In this document: positions 15,222 through 24,100 of the stretch, piece by piece
How the letters are laid out: every line of letters starts with the position of its first letter
How positions within the stretch are numbered: position 1 is the stretch's first letter
Assembly (NCBI RefSeq): GCF_046119375.1
Contig: NW_027362768.1
Location: forward strand, 168,454,001-168,518,000
Origin: Phyllobates terribilis
Taxonomy: Eukaryota
DNA length: 64,000 bases
Reading direction: 5' to 3'
Program-made: the position numbers and the translations under genes
Notes under the pieces: model-generated
The model's input: only the letters and a program-made list of their open reading frames with translations
The model's database searches: none
What the model was told of the DNA's origin: nothing

Positions 15222-16061
15222 ATGGATCCAGTAGCCGGTCTAGCTCGGCAGTTGCAGAGTTTGTCCATGGAGCTGGCGGACGTTAGGTCCAAGGTTTTGT
15301 ATCCTCAGGAGCAAGCCGGACCAGAACCTAAAGTAGCTCTCCCTGACAGGTTCACTGGGGGGCGGGACAAGTTTTTTGTCTTCCGGGAGGCATGTAAGTT
15401 GTACTTTCGGCTGCGGCCTCGGTCATCGGGGAGTGAAGAACAAAGGGTGGGAATTGTCATCTCGCTCCTACAAGGGGACCCACAATCTTGGGCGTTCTCT
15501 CTTCCCCCGGGCTCCCCAGCTTTCCAGTCAGTGGATAGGTTTTTTGCTGCTCTGGGTCTTGTATATGATGACCCGGATCGGATCTCCCTTGCTGAATCTA
15601 AGTTACGTAGGATCCAGCAGGGAGATCGTCCGGCGGAGGAATTCTGTTTGGAGTTCCGTAGGTGGGCCACTGACACCCAGTGGAATGACCCGGCTCTTAG
15701 GAGCCAGTTTTGTCAAGGTTTATCCGACAAATTACAGGATGTGTTGGCACAGTATGACTCTCCCGCGTCACTGGAAGCCGCTATGGCCCTTGCTATTCGC
15801 ATTGACAGACGGCTTCGGGAGAGGTGCGGGATAACTCCACCCCCTGTGATGACTCCACCTCCTACAAGGTCCCCTCATATGGTGGTTCCCCTGGTCAGTC
15901 CAGAGGAGCCTATGCTATTAGGAGGGACATCATTTCGGGGGAGGGGACCGGTGGTGCGCCATAAGACAGGAAGGTGTTTCTTCTGCGGGAGAAAGGGACA
16001 TTTTATTGGGGGGTGTCCATCCCGTCCCTTGCAGAGTGAAGAGTCGTCGGAAAACTGTTGA
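15222..16061 (+). CDS. Gag (retrotransposon capsid-like domain plus CCHC zinc knuckle), 279 aa
   Basis: Kozak CTACCATGG; LPDRFTG...FREACKLYF...SLLQGDPQSWA motif typical of sushi/PEG10/RTL-like Gag; C-terminal CFFCGRKGHFIGGC knuckle. Confidence 0.95.
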   Translation: MDPVAGLARQLQSLSMELADVRSKVLYPQEQAGPEPKVALPDRFTGGRDKFFVFREACKLYFRLRPRSSGSEEQRVGIVISLLQGDPQSWAFSLPPGSPAFQSVDRFFAALGLVYDDPDRISLAESKLRRIQQGDRPAEEFCLEFRRWATDTQWNDPALRSQFCQGLSDKLQDVLAQYDSPASLEAAMALAIRIDRRLRERCGITPPPVMTPPPTRSPHMVVPLVSPEEPMLLGGTSFRGRGPVVRHKTGRCFFCGRKGHFIGGCPSRPLQSEESSENC

Positions 16062-16108
16062 TCCCAGGTTGTGTGGTGGACGGCAATCTGGGAGTAGGTA
16101 TTTCGTCC
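16049..16108 (+). promoter_or_regulatory. Predicted -1 ribosomal frameshift signal (G_GAA_AAC, 6-nt spacer, H-type pseudoknot)
   Basis: Heptamer at 16049-16055 is in Gag phase and pol is in the -1 frame. Stem 1 pairs TCCCAGGTTG (16062-16071) with CAATCTGGGA (16084-16093); loop GGACG (16078-16082) can pair with CGTCC (16104-16108). Confidence 0.75.
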
Positions 16109-18769
16109 CTAGGTTCGTCTCAGTTTCTCGTACCGGCGGAGGTGGTGGTGGGTACGAGAACTGAGAGGATATCTGTTCTTCTGGATAGTGGGGCCGGGGC
16201 TAATCTGGTGGACGCTCGGTTTGCCCGGGTTCAAGGTATGCGATTGAGTGAGTTGGCTAAACCCATCCCCATATTCTCGATCGATGCCAGGCCTCTCGGT
16301 CAGGGAAGTTTTTTGCAAGCTGTGCATAACGTAAAACTTCAAGTGGGGGCGATACATAAAGAACTGTTGTCTTGCTACGTGTTGGAGGGTCTTCCCACTC
16401 CTATAGTGTTGGGCCTTCCTTGGTTAACTAAGCATAACCCGGTTATTAATTGGCAATCCAGAGAGATAAGCCAATGGAGTAAATTCTGTAATAAAAACTG
16501 CATGAATATGGTCATCGGTGCGGTTACTCCTAGGGTCTTACCTCCATTTCTGGCGGACTTTGAGGATGTATTCTCGGAGAAAGGGTGTCAGGAACTACCT
16601 CCTCATCGCGAGTATGACTGTTCTGTAAAACTGCTCCCTGAGGCCAAGTTACCTAAAGCTAGGTTGTATAACCTTTCTGGTCCTGAGAGGCAGGCCATGA
16701 AGGATTATATTTCAGAAAGTCTGGCTAAGGGGCATATTAGACCTTCATCTTCACCGGTGGCCGCGGGGTTCTTCTTTGTTAAGAAGAAAGATGGAGGCCT
16801 ACGCCCTTGCCTGGATTTCCGTGAACTTAATTGGATTACGGTCCGAGATCCGTATCCGCTCCCACTTATTCCCGATCTCTTTAATCAGATCGTGGGCGCC
16901 AAATGGCTCTCTAAGTTGGATCTCAGGGGGGCGTACAATCTGATTAGGATGAAGGAGGGGGATGAGTGGAAGACGGCGTTTAACACTCCGGAGGGGCACT
17001 ATGAGAACCTTGTCATGCCATTCGGTCTGACTAATGCCCCGGCGGTGTTCCAACACTTTGTTAATGACATTTTTCGCCGCCTGGTGGGACAGTTTGTTGT
17101 CATATATCTGGATGATATCTTAATTTACTCGCCGGATCTGGTGTCTCATCAGGAGCACGTTAGGCAGGTGTTACAGATCTTGCGGGATAATAAACTGTAT
17201 GCCAAATGGGAAAAGTGTGTGTTCGCCGTACAGGAACTCCAGTTTTTAGGCTTCCTGGTTTCAGCGTCCGGTTTTCGTATGGACCCTGGGAAAGTGCGGG
17301 CAGTTCTTGAGTGGGATCGGCCAGAGAATCTTAAGGCACTACAACGTTTCCTGGGGTTTGCTAATTATTACCGGAAGTTCATTCGTAATTTCTCGTCCAT
17401 GGTTAAGCCTCTCACAGACATGACTAAAAAGGGGACGGATTTTTCTAGGTGGTCTGACAAGGCTTGTCAAGCATTCTCCTCCTTGAAAAAATGTTTTGCC
17501 TCGGCACCCATACTCATTCAACCTGATGCGTCACAGCCATTCATTGTAGAGGTAGACGCTTCCGAGGTAGGGGTGGGAGCAGTATTGTCACAAGGTTCGT
17601 CCCCTGGTAAGTGGCATCCGTGCGCCTTTTTCTCTAAAAAACTGTCGTCTGCTGAGAGGAATTACGATGTCGGCAATAGGGAACTCTTGGCCATTAAGTT
17701 AGCTTTTGAGGAGTGGCGCCATTTTTTAGAGGGGGCAGTCCATCCGGTCACCGTCATCACCGATCACAAGAACCTGCTATATCTGGAGTCCGCGAAACGT
17801 CTGAATCCCAGACAAGCTAGGTGGTCATTATTTTTTACCAGGTTTAATTTTGTCGTTACATATTGTCCTGGGTCAAAAAATGTAAAGGCGGATGCCTTAT
17901 CTCGTAGTTTCCCTGGGGCCGGGAATACGGACGACCCGATTCCTATCCTTCAGGAGGGGGTGGTGGTTTCGGCAGTATGCTCTGAGCTTGAGGAGGAGGT
18001 ATTGGAGGCTCAGGGGGACGCCCCTGTTGGACCTCCGGGGAGACTGTTTGTTCCAGATCAGTTGCGACAAAAGGTGATCGAGGCACACCATAACTCAGTT
18101 TTTGCAGGACACCCGGGGAGTAAAGCAACTGTGGATCTCCTCTCGCGTCGGTTTTGGTGGCCTAACTTACATAAGGAGGTGGTAACTTTTGTTGCGTCCT
18201 GTGGGGTTTGTGCGCGCTCTAAGACCTCACATACCCGTCCGTCTGGGGCCCTCTTACCTTTGAAGATCCCGGAGCGTCCTTGGACTCGTCTGTCTATGGA
18301 CTTTATTACGGACCTCCCTCCGTCTTCGGGTAAAACGGTCATACTCGTTGTAGTGGACAGGTTCAGCAAGATGGCACATTTTATCGCTCTTCCTGCTCTT
18401 CCTAATGCTAAAACTCTTGCGCAGGTGTTCATTGGGGAGATTGTGAGGCTTCACGGGGTACCCTCCGAGGTGGTGTCAGATCGGGGGTCTCAGTTTGTGT
18501 CCAAATTCTGGAAGGCGTTTTGTACACGGCGGGGGATGCATTTATCGTTCTCATCGGCTTTTCATCCTCAGACCAATGGTCAGACGGAACGTATGAACCA
18601 GAGCTTGGAGACATATCTCCGGTGTTTTGTGTCAGAGAACCAGGAGGACTGGGCTTCTTTCTTACCTCTGGCAGAGTTTGCTCTTAATAATAGGCGGAGC
18701 GAGTCCACTGGTAAGTCCCCGTTTTTTGGGGCATATGGTTTTCACCCCCAGTTTTGTACTTTTCAGTAG
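16049..18769 (+). CDS. Pol: aspartic protease, reverse transcriptase, RNase H, integrase HHCC and DDE core
   Basis: Uninterrupted ORF of about 903 aa: LLDSGA (PR), YLDDILIY (RT), VEVDASEVGVGAVL (RNase H), H-H/CGVC zinc finger, and SMDFITDL / VSDRGSQF / GQTERMN (IN DDE). Confidence 0.97.
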   Translation, partial: GKLLIPGCVVDGNLGVGISSLGSSQFLVPAEVVVGTRTERISVLLDSGAGANLVDARFARVQGMRLSELAKPIPIFSIDARPLGQGSFLQAVHNVKLQVGAIHKELLSCYVLEGLPTPIVLGLPWLTKHNPVINWQSREISQWSKFCNKNCMNMVIGAVTPRVLPPFLADFEDVFSEKGCQELPPHREYDCSVKLLPEAKLPKARLYNLSGPERQAMKDYISESLAKGHIRPSSSPVAAGFFFVKKKDGGLRPCLDFRELNWITVRDPYPLPLIPDLFNQIVGAKWLSKLDLRGAYNLIRMKEGDEWKTAFNTPEGHYENLVMPFGLTNAPAVFQHFVNDIFRRLVGQFVVIYLDDILIYSPDLVSHQEHVRQVLQILRDNKLYAKWEKCVFAVQELQFLGFLVSASGFRMDPGKVRAVLEWDRPENLKALQRFLGFANYYRKFIRNFSSMVKPLTDMTKKGTDFSRWSDKACQAFSSLKKCFASAPILIQPDASQPFIVEVDASEVGVGAVLSQGSSPGKWHPCAFFSKKLSSAERNYDVGNRELLAIKLAFEEWRHFLEGAVHPVTVITDHKNLLYLESAKRLNPRQARWSLFFTRFNFVVTYCPGSKNVKADALSRSFPGAGNTDDPIPILQEGVVVSAVCSELEEEVLEAQGDAPVGPPGRLFVPDQLRQKVIEAHHNSVFAGHPGSKATVDLLSRRFWWPNLHKEVVTFVASCGVCARSKTSHTRPSGALLPLKIPERPWTRLSMDFITDLPPSSGKTVILVVVDRFSKMAHFIALPALPNAKTLAQVFIGEIVRLHGVPSEVVSDRGSQFVSKFWKAFCTRRGMHLSFSSAFHPQTNGQTERMNQSLETYLRCFVSENQEDWASFLPLAEFALNNRRSESTGKSPFFGAYGFHPQFCTFQ

Positions 18770-19433
18770 GGGGGGCTCTTCGGGGGTTCCTGAGGAGGAA
18801 CGATTTTCCTCATCACTCGCTTCAGTATGGAGAGGGGTGCTGAAGAATCTGAATACTATGGGGAACCGATACAAACGTATGGCTGATAGGAGGAGAGTGT
18901 CTGGTCCGGACCTAAGTGTGAACGATCGGGTATGGTTGTCTACCAGGAATATAAAACTTAAGGTTCCCTCCTGGAAACTGGGTCCCAGGTTCATCGGGCC
19001 GTACAAGATCAGTTCTATAATTAATCCGGTGGCATTCAGTCTTGACCTCCCCCCTACGTTTAAAATTCACAACGTGTTCCACAGATCATTGCTTAAGAGG
19101 TATGTGGCGCCGGTGGTACCGTCACCTTTACCTCCCCCTCCAGTGGTGGTCAATGGTAACTTGGAGTTCCAGGTATCGAGGGTCATCGATTCACGCTTTA
19201 ATCGCCGGTCCCTTCAGTACCTGGTTCATTGGAAGGGGTATGGTCCTGAGGAGAGGATGTGGGTTCCTGCGTCGGATATTAACGCAGACCGATTAGTTCG
19301 GGCCTTCCACACTACTCACCCGGATAAACCTGGCCCTGAGGGTCCGGAGGCCCCTCGTAGAAGGGGGGGTACTGTCACGGGTGTGTCGCCACGAAGATCG
19401 TCACGATTACACAGCCTGACTTCTCGCAGCTGA
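18762..19433 (+). CDS. Integrase C-terminal part (GPY/F motif and chromodomain), out of frame with Pol by 1 nt; runs into the 3' LTR
   Basis: KLGPRFIGPYKI (GPY/F) and EFQVSRVIDSR...QYLVHWKGYGPEERMWVP (chromodomain) lie in the +1 frame after ACT TTT CAG TAG. Confidence 0.9.
   Translation, partial: FSRGGSSGVPEEERFSSSLASVWRGVLKNLNTMGNRYKRMADRRRVSGPDLSVNDRVWLSTRNIKLKVPSWKLGPRFIGPYKISSIINPVAFSLDLPPTFKIHNVFHRSLLKRYVAPVVPSPLPPPPVVVNGNLEFQVSRVIDSRFNRRSLQYLVHWKGYGPEERMWVPASDINADRLVRAFHTTHPDKPGPEGPEAPRRRGGTVTGVSPRRSSRLHSLTSRS
19359..19372 (+). promoter_or_regulatory. Polypurine tract
   Basis: AGAAGGGGGGGTAC immediately 5' of the 3' LTR. Confidence 0.85.
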
Positions 19434-19999
19434 GTTTTTGGTGCTTTGTGTTTTTCGGCAGTGAGGGAGTTAACTCTCTCTCTCTCTGTGCTAGACAAGG
19501 TCCAGCCTCGCCCAGCTGCAATCAATGCTGCTGTAGTGGGACTCCTTCAAATGCCTGCCGGTCTGTTAGGGAAGTGTCGGTGAAAGCATTTCATGCAGAC
19601 TAACAGAGCGGATCGTGGTATTTGGAGTTTCAGAGCTAAGTGTATTTGGAGTGTTTTTTCCCTTCCTCGCTTTATCATTTATCTCCTTTCCCGTTGGTGT
19701 TCCCTCTGTTGTAGTTGTGTAGTTTTTGCATGCAAGGTGGTTTTGGTTTTACCCTTGTACTGTCTCGTTCGTCTAAGTACTGAGTGTGGGCATATTATTA
19801 CCTGTCCCCTTTTGTTGTGATCAGGGGTCCTTCTCAGGACTAGATTACTTAGGTGCAGGGATCCTCAGGAGGTAGGGGTTACGCTGGCGGCCTGGACCTC
19901 TGTACCTTTAACAGTACCTCCAGGTAGAGGGATTAGTCAGGGCCCCAGCTTAGGGTCAGCTTAGGCCCCCTACCTCCAGTACACAGAGACAGCGTGACA
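19373..19999 (+). repeat. 3' LTR (627 bp)
   Basis: Near-identical copy of 14561-15187. Confidence 0.97.
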
Positions 20000-20860
20000 C
20001 CTGCACTCTGCCGCAATACACTGCACTCTGCCGCAATACACTGCACTCTGCCGCAATACACTGCACTCTGCCGCAATACACTGCACTCTGCCGCAATACA
20101 CTGCACTCTGCACTCTTGCCACAATACGCTGCACTGCCCTCTGCCACAATACGCTGCACTGCCCTCTGCCACAATACACTGCACTCTGCACTCTTGCCAC
20201 AATACGCTGCACTACACTGCACTCTGCCGCAATACACTGCACTCTGCCGCAATACACTGCACTCTGCCGCAATACACTGCACTCTGCCGCAATACACTGC
20301 ACTCTGCCGCAATACACTGCACTGCCCTCTGCCACAATACACTGCACTCTGCCGCAATACACTGCACTCTGCCGCAATACACTGCACTACACTGCACTCT
20401 GCTGCAATACACTACACTGCACTCTGCCGCAATACACTGCACTCTGCCGCACTATACACTGCACTCTGCCGCACTATACACTGCACACTGTTGCGCTATA
20501 CAGTGCACACTGTTGCACTATACACTGCACTCTGCCACAATACAGAAATATATATAGAAATATATGAAGCTGTCATGATTGGGTAGGGAGACCCGCGGCC
20601 AGTCTGTACATTGCGTCCGATATCGGATCAATTTATACAGACGTCTGAATACGCCGCTACACTGTGCTCTTCAGCACTGCTATACACTCTACACTGTAGT
20701 CTGCTGCACTGCATTGAATTTTGCAGTACCACACTGGACTTTGATATGCTACACTGTGTTGCACTCTGCTGTATTATACTGCACTCTGCTACATTACGTT
20801 GCACTCTGCTGTACTATACTGAACTCTGCTGTACTAATACTGGAGTCTGCTGCACTACAT
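20000..20860. repeat. Right-hand remnant of the satellite (CCGCAAT-variant rich to about 20545, then degenerate pentamer sequence)
   Basis: The CTCTGCCGCAATACACTGCA tandem resumes right after the TSD and decays into CTGCA/CTACA/TACAC-like fragments by about 20860. Confidence 0.9.
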
Positions 20861-21171
20861 GGTTGTATGTTTTCCTAAAAGTCTTACATTTCCCACAATG
20901 CATCACAATCCGGTGACCATTCTGTGAGTTACTGACGAGATGGCAGGAGCGTGTGGAGTTTTGCACCCTTACAGAGAGTATGGGGTGTATTACAGCACAC
21001 AGATCGGCCCAGGGTTGTGATCACATTTTTGTGCCTCTGTCTATACCAGTGCATTGTGCCTCCAGCAGTGCTCTCCTGTCCTATATGTGGATGTTGTGGA
21101 AGCTCCTGCGCAGCGCTGTGTGATGATGGAGCAGCGTGTACGCCGGCACAGGATTACAGGAGAATTATCAC

Positions 21172-24100
21172 CTTTGGAGTCTGCCAGGCTACTTCTGCGG
21201 TTCTTCCTTTCTACCCCAAGAGCCACCTCCAGGTCATGGACCTTTGTACGACTGATCTTCAGCTCTCGACGTAACTCATTAATTTCCTTAATCAGTGTTA
21301 CATTTTCCTGCACAAGACAAAACACGGACACTTTCTGTGGAATCAGCAGCCCGCTGCAGTCACATGTACAGTTATAATACTTCAGCTCAGCAGCCAGATG
21401 TCACATTGTAGTTAATGGGATTGAATAAAAAGAGACATCATAAAATGCTGCAGAAAATCACATGTCCCTGAGGCCAAAGCAATGCGTCATGTCATCCCAG
21501 CCTCAGGGACAAGGTCAGATAGGGAAATGCCCCTACCTGCATCACCCGGACGTTATCAGCACGGTGGATCTCTGTATCCTTCGCCAGCTTCTTCTGTAAT
21601 GTGCTCAGGCTGCGCTCCAAGTGCTCCCGCTGCCGGGCAAATTCCCGCTGGATGTCCGCATCTATGCCCACAATCTCTGCCTGGAAGGACGGATAAGTAA
21701 GAAAATTACAAGGAATTTGCAAGTTACAGTGACTGACAAGCAACCATAGACACCCTGCTCCATGGATCCACGGCGGGCCCGGACCCCTGATGGGCACCAA
21801 CAGAAGGCAATTAGAAAAAGGCTGAAAATCACTTTTCCCGATACATCTGCTGCCGGGATCAATCCGGAGTCATATGTATAATGTAATGATTAACTGGTGC
21901 CAATAGCTATTTATGTAATGAATGTGATACTGAGCACCATGCAGGAGATATATACAGTATACAGCCCTCTATACAGGATATATACATAGTATACAGCAAT
22001 GTGTACAGGAGATATATACAGTCTCCTATACTGGAGATATATACAGTATATAGCCCTTTCTATAGGAGATTTATGCAGCCCTATATATAGGAGATATATA
22101 CAGTATACAACCCTTTATACAGGAGATATATACAGTATACAACCCTTCATACAGGAGATATATACAGTCCACTATACTAGAGATATACACAGTATACAGC
22201 CCTCTATACAGGATATATACACAGTATACAGCAATGTATACAGGCGATATATACAGTCTCCTATACTGGAGATATATACAGTATATAGCCCTTTATATAG
22301 GAGATTTATACAGCCCTATATACAGGAGATATATACAGTATACAACCCTTTATACAGGAGATATATACAGTATACAACCCTTCATACAGGAGATATATAC
22401 AGTCCACTATACTAGAGATATACACAGTATACAGCCCTCTATACAGGATATATACACAGTATACAGCAATGTATACAGGAGATATATACAGTCTCCTATA
22501 CTGGAGATATATACAGTATATAGCCCTTTATATAGGAGATTTATACAGCCCTATATACAGGAGATATATACAGTATACAACCCTTTATACAGGAGATATA
22601 TACAGAAGATGACTAGCCCAGGGGATGGAGATGACTCGGTACCCAGGCCTCTGCCTGGCCTTGGGGATGTCGCGGTGGTCGGCTCCCGGGCCCATACCCT
22701 GGGCTCAGCTTTAAAAAGGGGATTGTATACTGGGATAATAGGTTTGTTAGTTTTATGAAAGTTTGTGACGCCACCTGTGGTTTCTGGTGAGAATCACCAG
22801 CGCTGCGCAGTCCACTGAGGCCGCTGATAAGGCAGTTCGATAGTATAGCTCCCCACAGGTGGAGCTAAGCCTCAGGGCAGCGTACGGAGAGGGGGATGCA
22901 GGACAGGTGAGACCGAGCCGGGTCAGAGTAAGAACGGAGACGGACACAATAGTCACTTCAGTACCTTTTACTGATGGAAATTCAGGCATGTCCCGGAGCA
23001 CTGTAGGGCCTCCTGTTTCTTGCCTCTGCGTAGTAAGTTTCTGACCTGCCTAAAGCTAGGCCTAACTTTATCTCTGTCCTGCACCGGCTGACGTTGTGGT
23101 AGGGCCTTCTCTTGGAATACACGCTCCTCAGCTTGCGGGGCCTATGTGTCTCCCGGCTCTGTTATGTATCAGCACTTTAGCAATCCTGGGACTTGTTCTC
23201 CAGGGATTCCGGTTATGCCTTACTGGGTCATAGAGATCCAGGTAAGCTCGGACCCGGTGTCCGGTAACTGCTTCGGGGTGAGCTGGATAAGCTCCTCTGC
23301 CCCCTATGTACTAACTCTCCACTCGCCTTCGGGCCTACTCGGGCCCTCACTAGGCTATACACACTAACGGCAGCTTGCCGCGCTTCACCGATCTTATGGC
23401 GCCGGCACACCTAAAGCTCACTATTCTGAGCTACAACTGAGTCTGGACTGTGCTCCACTGCAGCTGACTCCTCTCAGGCATGCTTTCTGCAGGAACTCTC
23501 TCAACAGACTCCAAACTAGACTGAAATAGACTCGACTGAGCTCGACTGCAGGCTGACCTGTTTCTGTGTCTCACTCTGCAGGAACTGAACTGCCTGGCTC
23601 CACCTTCCCTATTTATATCCCTAACTGGCTCCCTCTGCTGGTCTGAGGTGGAAGGTGGAGATGTATGAATGTTTATGGGGGCCTCTTGTGGAGGAATCCA
23701 TCAATGCACTCTTCCAGGATCTGTGATACCAAGCGCAGCTGGGCGTCACATATACAACCCTTCATACAGGAGATATATACAGTCCACTATACTAGAGATA
23801 TACACAGTATACAGCTCTTTATACTAGAGATGTATACAGTATACAACCCTTTATACGGGAGATATATACAGGCCACTATACTAGAGATATATACAGTATA
23901 CAGGGCTTTATACAGGAGATATATACAGTATACAACCCTTCATACAGGAGATATATACAGTCCACTATACTAGAGATATACACAGTATACAGCCCTTTAT
24001 ACTAGAGATGTATACAGTATACAACCCTTTATACAGGAGATATATACAGTCCACTATACTAGAGATATACACAGTATACAGCCCTTTATACTAGAGATGT

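Larger units (their letters stand above)
14561..19999 (+). mobile_element. Full-length Ty3/Gypsy LTR retrotransposon, chromovirus (Tf1/sushi-like) type
   Basis: Two 627-bp LTRs starting TGTCACG and ending CGTGACA; 5-bp TSD CCTGC at 14556-14560 and 20000-20004. Domain order is gag-PR-RT-RNaseH-IN-chromodomain, with a PPT before the 3' LTR. Confidence 0.98.

Noticed and set aside
20560-20660. Candidate CFAP57 terminal exon (minus-strand FRRLYKLIR...RVSLPNHDS)
   Set aside because: The resemblance is very weak and there is no convincing polypyrimidine tract or acceptor in the required phase.
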